From: Verrucomicrobiia bacterium
Lineage (GTDB): Bacteria; Acidobacteriota; Polarisedimenticolia; Gp22-AA2
Direction of reading: 5' to 3'
DNA length: 64,000 nucleotides
Assembly: GCA_035638075.1 (NCBI GenBank)
Contig: DASRAU010000039.1
Location: 7,010-71,009, forward strand
Part shown: positions 11,274 through 20,615 of the stretch, one piece after another
How positions within the stretch are numbered: the first letter of the stretch is position 1
Layout of the letters: every line of letters begins with the position of its first letter
Notes under the pieces: generated by a model
What the model was told of the DNA's origin: nothing
Databases searched by the model: none
The model's input: only the letters and a program-made list of their open reading frames with translations
Translations under genes and position numbers: made by a program

Positions 11274-12656
11274 CTAGGGACAGGCGGCGGACTGCTCGAC
11301 GCGCCGGAAGCCGATGGTGCCGCGCCCCCACGACGTGTCGAACCCGTCGAAACCCTCGAAGCGGGCGAGATAGAAGAACCCGTGGCCGGCCGCCGGCGGC
11401 CCGCCGCCGTCGGCGACGACGCCTCCGGGTCCATCGGCCATGAGACACACGGTCGGTCCCAGCTCGACGTTCCCCGAGGAGTGGTGCAGCGAGCCCAGGT
11501 CTCCGCGGATGACGTCCACCGGTCCGAGCCCCGGCGGCGCATAGGCGCGCAGCGTTCCGTCCGCGGCCCACCACAGCGCGTAGGTGCGCGCCCACCAGAG
11601 GCTCGCGAAGTTCTGCTCGAAGGCCAGGAGACCGCGGCCGTCCCACGTCAGATCCGTGAAGTCCGCCGACACCGGAAATCCGGTGTCGGCGAGATCGGCG
11701 ATCTGCTGCGAACCGCCCGCCGGTCCCGGCTCGACGAAATAGAAATTGCCGCCGGCGTCCACGCCGACGAAGCCCGCCGGCACGGAGGCGAAGCCGGTGA
11801 AGCGCGCCGGCAGGCTTCGCTGCCACAGCACCTGATGGGTCGCGGGATTGATGGCGAACAGGATCGGCGGGCTCGGATAGGCGCCGTAGAGAATGCCGTC
11901 CTTCCAGGCGATCGCTTCGAGCGCCAGCGGCCCCGGCAGCACCACCGGGCTCGACCACGAATCGAGCACACCGCCGACCTCGTTGAGGTGGTACAGGCGC
12001 GGACCGAAGGTGTCGGCGAGCGCGGCGAAGAACCCGTCGCCGTCGGTCGCGAGCGCCCGGACGTTTCCGTTGCCGGGCGAGCGGAAGCTGGCGGTGACGG
12101 TCTCCGTCGGAGGATCGAGCAGCTGGATCTCGTGGTGCAGGTTGTCGGCGATGGCGACCAGGTCGCCGTAGGACGCGATCCCCGCCGTCTGCACGAAGAG
12201 CATCAGGCGCGCATCGGCGGCGGGATCGAGAAAACCCGGCGCGGGCCCCGGATTGACGGTGAGCGTGAACGGCTTCGTGTCGGCGACGCTGCCGGAGACG
12301 ACGAGCCGCGCGATCGCGGGCCCCGAAGCCACCGGCGTCAGGCCGAGCTCGTTTTCCGTCGTGACCTGCAGGCTTCCCGGCACGCAGGTCAAGGTGCCGG
12401 GGCTCACGGTGAGCGTCAGGCCCCAGCCGGTGCCGCCGAGCTCCGGCTGCGCCCCGAAATCCAGAGCGGCGGCGGCACGCCAGGCGCAGTCCTGCGGCAT
12501 CTGCAGCGTGGCGCGAAAGACGAGCCTTTCCCCGGTACGCACCGTGGACGGCACGGCCGCCACCGAGACGAACGACTGCGCCGCGGCGGGGACCTCCGCC
12601 TGCCCGGCCCAGGCCGGCAGGAGGGCTCCCATGAATAAGAGGATGCGAGGCCGCAT
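11274..12656 (-). CDS. Hypothetical secreted protein
   Basis: Signal peptide MRPRILLFMGALLPAWAGQA. Beta-rich with no assignable domain. Start taken at the internal Met of track ORF 11274..12695. Confidence 0.55.
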   Translation of the reverse strand: MRPRILLFMGALLPAWAGQAEVPAAAQSFVSVAAVPSTVRTGERLVFRATLQMPQDCAWRAAAALDFGAQPELGGTGWGLTLTVSPGTLTCVPGSLQVTTENELGLTPVASGPAIARLVVSGSVADTKPFTLTVNPGPAPGFLDPAADARLMLFVQTAGIASYGDLVAIADNLHHEIQLLDPPTETVTASFRSPGNGNVRALATDGDGFFAALADTFGPRLYHLNEVGGVLDSWSSPVVLPGPLALEAIAWKDGILYGAYPSPPILFAINPATHQVLWQRSLPARFTGFASVPAGFVGVDAGGNFYFVEPGPAGGSQQIADLADTGFPVSADFTDLTWDGRGLLAFEQNFASLWWARTYALWWAADGTLRAYAPPGLGPVDVIRGDLGSLHHSSGNVELGPTVCLMADGPGGVVADGGGPPAAGHGFFYLARFEGFDGFDTSWGRGTIGFRRVEQSAACP

Positions 12657-12775
12657 GGACCCTCCCTGCTTACGCCGACAACCCCCTGCCGTCAAGTGTT
12701 TGGCGGGGTCTCTGGACTCCGCGGCCGCCGTCGGCCATATTAGTCGTGATGCAAGGTCCTCCCGTTCCCCGCGGA

Positions 12776-13879
12776 ATGGCCCGAAGTTTCATTCCTGCAA
12801 CCGCCGCGCTCCTGATCCTGGCCGGTTGCGGCGGCGGCCAGGTCGCTCGTCTCGCCGCCGAGCCCGCGGAGCGGCTCGATCGCCCCGCGCCCGCAACACC
12901 TGTGGAGGTCCGCGCCAGCGTCGCGTTCGCCGAAGAGACGGTCCGCGAAGAAGGTGTGGACGACCCGGCGCCGGCTCCGCAGCGCGGCCGGAGGGATCCG
13001 GAGAAGGCCCGCCAGGAGTCGCGCCCCGTCGGGAAGCAGCCGCCCGCCGTCTCCGCCACCCACGGCCCCGCCGCCCCGCAGGAAGAAGAAGACGACGCCC
13101 CGGTGCGTCACAAGCTGCAGCGCGGGCAGACCCTCTATTCGGTGGCGCGGCTGTACGGCGTCGAGGTGAGCGCGCTCATGAAGGCCAACGGCATCGGCAA
13201 CGCGCACAAGGTCGCCGCCGGCACGGTCCTCCTGATCCCGCTGCCGAAGCCGGCGCACCGCAGCCCCGCGGTCACCACCGCGTCGGTCGTGCCGCTCCCC
13301 GGCCCCCAGGAAGAAGACGCGGACGAGAAGACTCCTTCCGACCGCAGCCGCGGGAAGAAAGAGGACGACACCAGGGACGACGGGGATCGAAAGGACGGCA
13401 GGAATGGCGCGCGCCCCGCCGCGGCCCCGGCGCTCGCCTGGCCGATCCAGGGACTGATCACCGCCCCGTACGGACGCCGCGGGAAATCCGATCACCACGA
13501 AGGGATCGACATCGACGGCGAGACCGGGGACCCGATCCACGCCGCCGCCTCCGGCACCGTCGTCTTCGCGGGCCTGCACGGCGACTACGGCCGCACGGTG
13601 GTCATCGACCACGGCGACGGCCTGCGGACCGTCTACGCGCACGCGAGCAACCTCGAGGTGCAGGAGGGGGATCCCGTCCGGGTCGGCGACACCATCGCCG
13701 AGGTGGGTCACTCCGGGAACGCCCGCGGCAGCCACCTGCACTTCGAGGTGCGCCGCGACGGCCGCCCGGTCAACCCCATGCCGTTCCTGCGCTCGCCGGA
13801 TCTCCTGACGGCGTCCGTCGTGCCGACCCCGGCGACGCACGGCAAGAGCGCCAGGAAGAAAGCTGCGCCCCGCCACTAG
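12776..13879 (+). CDS. LysM-domain M23 family metallopeptidase lipoprotein (NlpD-like)
   Basis: Lipobox LILAGC. LysM region (LQRGQTLYSVARLYGVEVSALMKANGI). C-terminal M23 domain with HxxxD and HLH motifs (HEGIDI, GHSGNARGSHLHFEV). Confidence 0.85.
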   Translation: MARSFIPATAALLILAGCGGGQVARLAAEPAERLDRPAPATPVEVRASVAFAEETVREEGVDDPAPAPQRGRRDPEKARQESRPVGKQPPAVSATHGPAAPQEEEDDAPVRHKLQRGQTLYSVARLYGVEVSALMKANGIGNAHKVAAGTVLLIPLPKPAHRSPAVTTASVVPLPGPQEEDADEKTPSDRSRGKKEDDTRDDGDRKDGRNGARPAAAPALAWPIQGLITAPYGRRGKSDHHEGIDIDGETGDPIHAAASGTVVFAGLHGDYGRTVVIDHGDGLRTVYAHASNLEVQEGDPVRVGDTIAEVGHSGNARGSHLHFEVRRDGRPVNPMPFLRSPDLLTASVVPTPATHGKSARKKAAPRH

Positions 13880-13965
13880 TCCCCGGGCCGCGTCGCAGGC
13901 GATCCCCGTGACGCGCGACGTCCCCCTTCCCCGTTCGCCGCTCCTGTGCGAGGATAGGCGCTCCC

Positions 13966-14547
13966 ATGCGACCCGAAGAGGAGATCTTCGCCGCGGTCGA
14001 GCGCGGCAACACCGCCCGCGTCGACGCGCTGCTCGAAGCTGACGCCAACCTGGTCCACGCGCGCAACGAGCGCGGCGACTCGCTGCTCCTGACCGCCGTC
14101 TACACCGGGCGCAAGGACCTGCTCGAGCGGTTGCTTTCGCGCGGCGCCGGAGTCAGCCTGCACGAGGCGGCGGCGCTGGGCCACGTCGATCGGGCCCGCC
14201 AGCACCTCGATGCCGATCCGCGCAGCGTCTCCGCCCACAGCCACGACGGCTGGACCGCGCTGCACCTCGCCGCCTTCTTCGGGCACCGCGATCTGGCCGC
14301 GCTCCTGCTCGATCGCGGCGCCGACGTCAACGCCCGATCGACGAGCGAGCGCTTCGCGAAATCCAACACGCCGCTGCACGCCGCGGCCGCCAACAAGCAG
14401 GTGGAGGTGGCGCGCCTGCTCGTCGAGCGCGGAGCCGACGTCAACGCGAAGGACGGCAGCGGCTTCACGCCGCTGGCGCTTGCCGCCAACAGCAAGAGCG
14501 ACCTCCTGATGCTGCTCCTGCTCGAGCAGGGGGCGCGGGCCGAATAG
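13966..14547 (+). CDS. Ankyrin-repeat protein
   Basis: Four to five ankyrin repeats (GDSLLLTAV, TALHLAAFFGH, TPLHAAAANK, TPLALAANS, and others). Confidence 0.8.
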   Translation: MRPEEEIFAAVERGNTARVDALLEADANLVHARNERGDSLLLTAVYTGRKDLLERLLSRGAGVSLHEAAALGHVDRARQHLDADPRSVSAHSHDGWTALHLAAFFGHRDLAALLLDRGADVNARSTSERFAKSNTPLHAAAANKQVEVARLLVERGADVNAKDGSGFTPLALAANSKSDLLMLLLLEQGARAE

Positions 14548-14573
14548 CCGCTTTTCCACCCAGGGAGATCCCG

Positions 14574-15713
14574 ATGCACGCAGGCCGTCGTCGTCTCCAC
14601 CGTCCCCTGTCGGTCGCGGCCGCGGCCGCTCTCGCTCCGGTTCTCCTGGTCGCGCTCACAGCGATCGTCTCTCCCTCGCCGGCCTGGGCGCACGCCGGCG
14701 GCCACGCGCTGGCCGAGGATCCCCCGGCTTCCGACCAGGACAAGGAAACGCCGGCCGCACCGCCCGAGCCGCCGCCCCCGCCGTTCAAGCTGGAGAAGGT
14801 GAGCGAGCATGGCTGGTGCCTCTTCGGCGTCGGCGGCAACGTCGGCATCCTCGCGAACGACGCGGGGGTGCTCGTGGTGGACGATCAGTACGAGAACGTC
14901 GCTCCCGGCATCGTCGAGCAGATCCGCAGCATCAGCGACAAGCCGATCCGCTGGCTGGTCAACACCCACTACCACGGCGATCACACCGGCGGGAACGCCG
15001 TCTTCAAGCCGCTCACCGAGATCGTCGCGCACGACACGGTACGGTCGCGCCTGCTCGACTACCCGCGCGTGGTGGTGGACACCTTCCCCGCCCGCATGCA
15101 GGCCATCCACGTCGAGGTCATGACGCTCGCGGACGAGAAGGACCCGTACCGCGATGCGCTGATGCACGACCTCGACCTGATGAAGTTCCTCTATGACCTG
15201 TCGAAGGCGTTCGACCCGCTGAAGGCGGCTCCTCCCGGGATCACCTACAAGGACGGCCTGACGCTGTGGCTCGGCGACCAGCCGGTCGAGATCGCCCACT
15301 ACGCTCCCGGGCACACGGACGGCGATTCGGTCGTCTATTTCCCGAAGGAGAAGGTCGTCCACATGGGGGACCTGCTGTTCAACGGCCTGGTGCCGTTCAT
15401 CGACATGCCCGGCGGCGGCAGCGCCCGCGGCTACCTGACGAACCTGAACAAGGTGCTCGACCGCCTTCCCGCCGACACGAAGGTCATCCCCGGTCACGGC
15501 CCCGTGACCGACGTCGCCGGCCTGCGGCACGCGCGTGATTTCATGCGCGACATGCAGAGCGAGGTGACGAAGGCGATCCAGCGCGGGCTGACGCGCCAGC
15601 AGGCGGCGCGCAGCATCAAGCTGGCCACCTACACCGACATCAAGCCGGCCTTCCGCACGGTCGCCAACGACGTCCTCGCCTTCTACGACGAGATGCGCTC
15701 GAAGAAGAAGTAG
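14574..15713 (+). CDS. Secreted MBL-fold metallo-hydrolase
   Basis: Signal peptide followed by the metallo-beta-lactamase HYHGDHTGGN (HxHxDH) motif and downstream His/Asp ligands. Confidence 0.85.
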   Translation: MHAGRRRLHRPLSVAAAAALAPVLLVALTAIVSPSPAWAHAGGHALAEDPPASDQDKETPAAPPEPPPPPFKLEKVSEHGWCLFGVGGNVGILANDAGVLVVDDQYENVAPGIVEQIRSISDKPIRWLVNTHYHGDHTGGNAVFKPLTEIVAHDTVRSRLLDYPRVVVDTFPARMQAIHVEVMTLADEKDPYRDALMHDLDLMKFLYDLSKAFDPLKAAPPGITYKDGLTLWLGDQPVEIAHYAPGHTDGDSVVYFPKEKVVHMGDLLFNGLVPFIDMPGGGSARGYLTNLNKVLDRLPADTKVIPGHGPVTDVAGLRHARDFMRDMQSEVTKAIQRGLTRQQAARSIKLATYTDIKPAFRTVANDVLAFYDEMRSKKK

Positions 15714-15732
15714 AGCCGCCCCGAAGAATCCC

Positions 15733-16896
15733 ATGGGCACGAGCGGCACCGAAACAGGCCGGACGGACGGCGGCGCGAGGCAGGACGCGCCGCCTGCCGG
15801 CGGCGGATCGGCGCGCCGGGGTCGGAGCGTCTTCGGCGACTTCCGCCCGCACGAGCTGCCGCGCTCGATCAAGACCGACGTCCGCTCGCTCTACCGCTTC
15901 TATCTCGACGAGGAACGCCGCGCCGAGATCGAGAAGATGCGCGCGCCCAAGCGGGTGCTCGCCCTGCCGTTGTGGCTCCTGCGCAGCCTCCTCCTGAAGC
16001 TGACGCCGCAGCGACGCACGCTGCTCATCCTGGCGCTCATCGTCGCGTTCATCGGCCGCTTCCGTTTCAACTTCCAGGAAGTGGTGGTGTCGTTCGACGG
16101 AAGTCCGTGGGCGTTTCTCATGGTCCTCTTCGTGCTGGCGCTCGAGCTGAAGGACAAGCTCCTCGCCAGGGACGAGATCGCCGTGGCGCGCCAGGTGCAG
16201 CTCGCCATCCTCCCGTCGAGCGATCCGCCGTGGCCCGGCTACGCGCTCTGGAGCCACACCCGCCCCGCGAACGACGTCGGCGGCGATCTCATCGACTACA
16301 TCGAGGAACCCTCGCCCCGCACCCTCGGCGTCGCGCTCGGTGATGTCGCCGGCAAGGGCCTGGGTGCCGCCCTCCTGATGGCGAAGCTGCAGGCCAGCCT
16401 GCGCGCCACCGCGCCCGGCGCGCCCGATCTGGGGTCGCTCGGCGACCGGCTCAACGGCATCCTGTGCCGCGACGGACTCGACAACCGCTTCGCGACCCTC
16501 TTCTACCTGGAAGCGCCGGCCGGCGGCGGCGCCGTCCGGTTCCTCAACGCCGGGCACAATCCGCCGCTCGTGGTGCGCGCCGCCTCCGTCGAGCTCGTGG
16601 AGCAGGCGTCGCGCCCGCTGGGGATGTTCCGCGACTCGACTTACACGGAAGGACGGCTCGATCTCAACCCGGGCGACCTGCTCGTCGTCTACTCCGACGG
16701 CCTGGTCGAGGCGCGCGATCTCGCCGACCGCGAGTTCGGCCTGGAGCGCCTCAAGACCCTCGTCATGAGCCTGCGCGATCGCCCCCCCGTCGAAGCCGGC
16801 CGGGTGATCCTCGAGGCGGTGGACCGCTTCCTCGGCGACGACAAGCCGCAGGACGACCTCTCCCTCATCCTCATCCAGCGCTCACCCGCGGCCTGA
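15733..16896 (+). CDS. Membrane-anchored PP2C / SpoIIE-family Ser/Thr phosphatase
   Basis: Two N-terminal TM helices, then a PP2C domain (GDVAGKG, FLNAGHNP, VYSDGLVEA). Confidence 0.8.
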   Translation: MGTSGTETGRTDGGARQDAPPAGGGSARRGRSVFGDFRPHELPRSIKTDVRSLYRFYLDEERRAEIEKMRAPKRVLALPLWLLRSLLLKLTPQRRTLLILALIVAFIGRFRFNFQEVVVSFDGSPWAFLMVLFVLALELKDKLLARDEIAVARQVQLAILPSSDPPWPGYALWSHTRPANDVGGDLIDYIEEPSPRTLGVALGDVAGKGLGAALLMAKLQASLRATAPGAPDLGSLGDRLNGILCRDGLDNRFATLFYLEAPAGGGAVRFLNAGHNPPLVVRAASVELVEQASRPLGMFRDSTYTEGRLDLNPGDLLVVYSDGLVEARDLADREFGLERLKTLVMSLRDRPPVEAGRVILEAVDRFLGDDKPQDDLSLILIQRSPAA

Positions 16897-17026
16897 AGGG
16901 GGTCCGCGGGGTGACCTGGGTCACCCTGGTCGGCGCGGAATCCGGTGGCGGGCAGGGCCGGTTGGTCGTACCTTCGCCGCGAAACTCTGCCGGGATGCAA
17001 CCGGAAACCAACACGGAGAGCAATCG

Positions 17027-17653
17027 ATGACGCGCAGCGAACGAGCCCCCGCCCGTCGTGCCCTGATTGCAGCCGCCCTGGCCCTCGTGGTCCCCCTCGT
17101 CAGCAGACCGGTTCTTCCGGTCACCCCCGGTGTGGACATCGCCGCACCGCGGGTGGCCATCGCGACCGTGAACGGCACGGTGCTGCAATTCATGCCGTCG
17201 CGCCTGGTCGTCGAGGACGCGGACTTCGTCCGCTGGAACTGGACGGGAGGTTCGCACACCACCACGAGCGGCTCGGGCTGCGTCTCGGACGGGCTGTGGG
17301 TCTCGCCGCTCAACTCCGTCACCACGACCTTCACCCGCACGTTCGACGACGGTCCTGGCATTTATCCTTTCTACTGCTCGCCGCACTGCGGCTTGGGGAT
17401 GACCGGGCAGGTGGTCATCACCCCGCCGATCCCGCTGACCGTCACCGCCAGCAGCCAGGCGATCCAGCTCGACTGGACCGGAGCCACGGGTCAGTTCCGC
17501 GTCTACCGCAGCACGAGCCCCCTGTTCACCAGCGCCACGACGACGGTCCTGACGCCCCCAGCCGGCCAGGCGACGACGACCTTCCTCGACCAGACCGTCG
17601 GCACACCGCCCGCCGGCACCGTCGCCTACTACCTCGTCATGAACTTCTTCTAA
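17027..17653 (+). CDS. Type-1 (blue) copper cupredoxin, plastocyanin/amicyanin-like, with a Thr-rich C-terminal extension
   Basis: Signal peptide. Cu ligands GGSH...YCSPHCGLGM fit the pattern H ... C-x2-H-x4-M. Confidence 0.75.
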   Translation: MTRSERAPARRALIAAALALVVPLVSRPVLPVTPGVDIAAPRVAIATVNGTVLQFMPSRLVVEDADFVRWNWTGGSHTTTSGSGCVSDGLWVSPLNSVTTTFTRTFDDGPGIYPFYCSPHCGLGMTGQVVITPPIPLTVTASSQAIQLDWTGATGQFRVYRSTSPLFTSATTTVLTPPAGQATTTFLDQTVGTPPAGTVAYYLVMNFF

Positions 17654-17727
17654 GGGCACAACCATGCGAGGGATGGAGGCGTTCCGTTTCCCTCGAAGTG
17701 GGCGAGTGCAGTAGCATTCGCTCCGAT

Positions 17728-19416
17728 ATGGACGACTTCCTCACGATCATCACCCCCGACGGCGGGACGCAGAAGTACGACCTGGGTCCGGCTCCCAACC
17801 TCAAGATCGGCCGCTCCTCGACGAGCGACCTGGTCCTGCAGGACCTCAACGTGTCGCGCATGCACGCCGAGCTGGTGCGGCGGCCGGAGGGGTACTTCGT
17901 CCTCGATGCCGGCGGGAAGAACGGCACCTTCGTCAACGACAAGCGGATCGACGAGCCGACGATGCTGCAGCCGGGCGATCGCGTCCGGCTCGGCACGACC
18001 ACCCTCGTCTTCAACGGCCACCCGAAGAGCAACGTCGAGTTCACCGACCAGCCGCTGCCGGCCGGGCCCGGCACCATCCATCTCAGCGCCGACGACCTGC
18101 GCACGCCGAACATCGCCGAGATGTCGGTCATCGTCGGCGGCACGCCGGCGCCCATCCGCACCACCGGACCGGGATCGTCCCCCTCCGGGGCGCAGGCGCT
18201 GTCGATCATCTTCGAGGCGGATAAAGAGCTGGTCTTCCACCGCCCGCTCGACGAGCTGCTGGAAAAGATCATGGACCTCGCGAAGCGCGCCGTCCGCTTC
18301 GAGCGCGGCCTGCTGATGCTGCTCGAGGGCGGGACGCTGCGCACGCACGTCGTGCGCGTTCCGGACGCCGAGACCGGCAAGCCCATCGCCATCAGCCGCA
18401 CCATCACCGACCGGGTGATCAAGTCGCAGGAGTCGATCCTCACCTCCGACGCGCTGTTCGACGAGCGCTTCAAGGCGGGCCAGAGCGTCGAGATCCAGCA
18501 GATCCGCTCGCTCATGTGCGCCCCGCTCTGGGACAACCGCGAGGTCATCGGGCTCATCTACCTCGACAGCCGTCAGAAGGCGGGGCTGTTCACGCTCGAC
18601 GATCTGAAGCTCCTGACGCATCTCGCCAACGTCGCCGCGGTGAAGATCGAGAACGCGCGGCTCTTCGAGCAGGCGGTCGCCGCCGAGCGCATGGAGCAGG
18701 AGATCCAGAAGGCGGCGGAGATCCAGAACCACCTCCTCCCCGCGGAGGGTCCGCCCATCCCCGGGTACGAAGTCTTCGGCACGAGCCTGATGTGCCGGGC
18801 CGTCGGCGGCGACTACTACGACTACGTGGCGCTCGGGGACGGGCGCTACGGGCTGGGCCTGGGGGACGTGGCGGGGAAGGGACTGCCGGCGGCGCTCTTG
18901 ATGGCCTCCTTCCAGGCCAGCCTGCGGGCGTTGTCGGAGATGGGGCTGCCTCCCGACGACACCATCCGCCGGCTCAACCGCCTGCTCTGTCGCAGCATCC
19001 CGGAGAACCGCTTCGTCACCTTCTTCTACGCCATCCTCGATCCGGCGACCCACGAGTTCACCTACGTCAACGCCGGCCAGAACCCGCCCTACATCGTGCG
19101 CGCCGCCGGCGGGACGGAGCGGCTCGACCAGAGCGGGCCGCCGCTGGCCCTGCTCGACGACGCCACTTACGTCGCGCACAACACGCGTCTCGAGCCCGGC
19201 GACGTGCTCGTCTGCTACAGCGACGGCATCAGCGAGGCGCGCGGCCCGTCCGAGGAGGAGTTCGGGGAGATCCGGCTGACGGACGCGGTTGCGAAGGACG
19301 CGGAGCGTGGGGCGCCGGAGCTGGTGCGCCTGGTGACCGAGGCCCTGCTGGCGCACTGCGCCGGGCGGGCCTACCAGGACGACGTGACCATCGTCGTCCT
19401 GAAGCGCAAGTCGTGA
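17728..19416 (+). CDS. FHA–GAF–PP2C (SpoIIE-type) Ser/Thr phosphatase
   Basis: N-terminal FHA domain (KIGRSSTSDLVLQDLNVSRMHAELV...NGTFVN), a central GAF domain, and a C-terminal PP2C (GDVAGKGLPAALLMA, YSDGISEA). Start at MDDFLT, in the same frame as track ORF 16945..19416. The upstream part of that ORF overlaps the cupredoxin gene. Confidence 0.85.
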   Translation: MDDFLTIITPDGGTQKYDLGPAPNLKIGRSSTSDLVLQDLNVSRMHAELVRRPEGYFVLDAGGKNGTFVNDKRIDEPTMLQPGDRVRLGTTTLVFNGHPKSNVEFTDQPLPAGPGTIHLSADDLRTPNIAEMSVIVGGTPAPIRTTGPGSSPSGAQALSIIFEADKELVFHRPLDELLEKIMDLAKRAVRFERGLLMLLEGGTLRTHVVRVPDAETGKPIAISRTITDRVIKSQESILTSDALFDERFKAGQSVEIQQIRSLMCAPLWDNREVIGLIYLDSRQKAGLFTLDDLKLLTHLANVAAVKIENARLFEQAVAAERMEQEIQKAAEIQNHLLPAEGPPIPGYEVFGTSLMCRAVGGDYYDYVALGDGRYGLGLGDVAGKGLPAALLMASFQASLRALSEMGLPPDDTIRRLNRLLCRSIPENRFVTFFYAILDPATHEFTYVNAGQNPPYIVRAAGGTERLDQSGPPLALLDDATYVAHNTRLEPGDVLVCYSDGISEARGPSEEEFGEIRLTDAVAKDAERGAPELVRLVTEALLAHCAGRAYQDDVTIVVLKRKS

Positions 19417-19442
19417 CCGCCGTCCGCGCCCCGGGCGCCGCG

Positions 19443-20615
19443 ATGAACGTCCTGCTCCTCGGGGTCGGCGCCGTCGGCAGCGTGCTGGCGCGCCACCTGG
19501 CGGCGCACCGCTCGGTCGGCCGCCTCACCCTCGCCGACCAGGACACCACGCGCGCCGCGCGGCTGCGCGACGAGCTCGTGGCGGCCGGCCCCGGACACCC
19601 CGATCGCCTGCGGGTCGAAGCCGTGGACGCCTCCGACCCTCTGGCCCTGGCGCGCGCCTGCCACGACCAGGGGCTGGTGATCTGCGCCGTCGTGCCGCGC
19701 TTCAACGGTGCGGTGATGGACGCGGCGCTGCGAGCCGGGGCCCACTACCTCGACCTGGCCGCGGGGGAAGACGATCAGTTCGTCCGCCACGAGGCGTGGA
19801 AGCAGGCCGGGCTCGTCGCCGTCAACGGCATGGGAGAGGACCCGGGGATCAGCAACGTGCTGGCGCGGGTCGGCGCCGACCGCCTCGACACGGTCGAGAC
19901 GGTGCGCGTGCGCGACGGCGAGTTCTCCGAGGCGGAGAACATGCCGCTGGCGTGCCTGTTCTCCACCGAGACCTTCATCGAGGAGGCGACCTCTCCCGCG
20001 CTGGAGTTCTTCGCCGGGCGTTATCGCGAGCACCCGGCGTGGTCCGGACGCGAGGTGTACCCCTTCCCCGACCCGGTCGGCCCGCAGCCGGTCTACAACA
20101 TGAGCCACGAGGAGGTGGACACGCTTCCCCGCTTCCTCGGCAAGGGCGTGCAGAACGTCGACTTCAAGCTGGCGGTGCCGGACGGCATGCGCGAAGCGCT
20201 CGACTTCCTGCACCGCATCGGCATGACGCGGCGCGACGAGGTGCCGGTCGGCCGCGCGCTGGTGCGCCCGCTCCAGGTCCTCTCTGCCGTCCTGCCGCAG
20301 CCCGCCGACCTGGGCGGACGGATCCAGGGAGCCGCCATCGTCCTCGTCGAGGTCGAGGGACGCAAGGGTCCGGCCCGGATGCGTCACGTCCTGCACATCG
20401 CCATGACGCATGACGAAGCCTTCCGGCGGATGCGCGCCACCGCGACCGCCTTCCTGACCGGCACGGGCGCCGCTGCCGGCGCGCTCGCCATCACGACAGG
20501 CCAGGTTGCCACCCCCGGAGTCCTGGCGCCGGAGCAGCTCGAGCCCGCGCCGATCCTGGCGCTTCTTTCCGAGCTGGGACTCGACGTCCGGGACACGTCG
20601 CAGACGCTCCCCTGA
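19443..20615 (+). CDS. Saccharopine dehydrogenase-like NAD(P)-binding oxidoreductase
   Basis: N-terminal Rossmann MNVLLLGVGAVGSVLARHL, then a saccharopine dehydrogenase-like C-terminal domain. A possible GTG at 19414 would overlap the upstream stop (GTGA). Confidence 0.8.
   Translation: MNVLLLGVGAVGSVLARHLAAHRSVGRLTLADQDTTRAARLRDELVAAGPGHPDRLRVEAVDASDPLALARACHDQGLVICAVVPRFNGAVMDAALRAGAHYLDLAAGEDDQFVRHEAWKQAGLVAVNGMGEDPGISNVLARVGADRLDTVETVRVRDGEFSEAENMPLACLFSTETFIEEATSPALEFFAGRYREHPAWSGREVYPFPDPVGPQPVYNMSHEEVDTLPRFLGKGVQNVDFKLAVPDGMREALDFLHRIGMTRRDEVPVGRALVRPLQVLSAVLPQPADLGGRIQGAAIVLVEVEGRKGPARMRHVLHIAMTHDEAFRRMRATATAFLTGTGAAAGALAITTGQVATPGVLAPEQLEPAPILALLSELGLDVRDTSQTLP

Noticed and set aside
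14100-15872. 590-aa minus-strand ORF antisense to the ankyrin and MBL genes
   Set aside because: No domains and an Arg/Ala-rich composition. Both + strand genes have strong family signatures.
16945-17727. N-terminal 260 codons of track ORF 16945..19416
   Set aside because: They overlap the cupredoxin gene in another frame and are Arg/Pro-rich. The FHA domain begins right after the Met at 17728, which has a plausible RBS.
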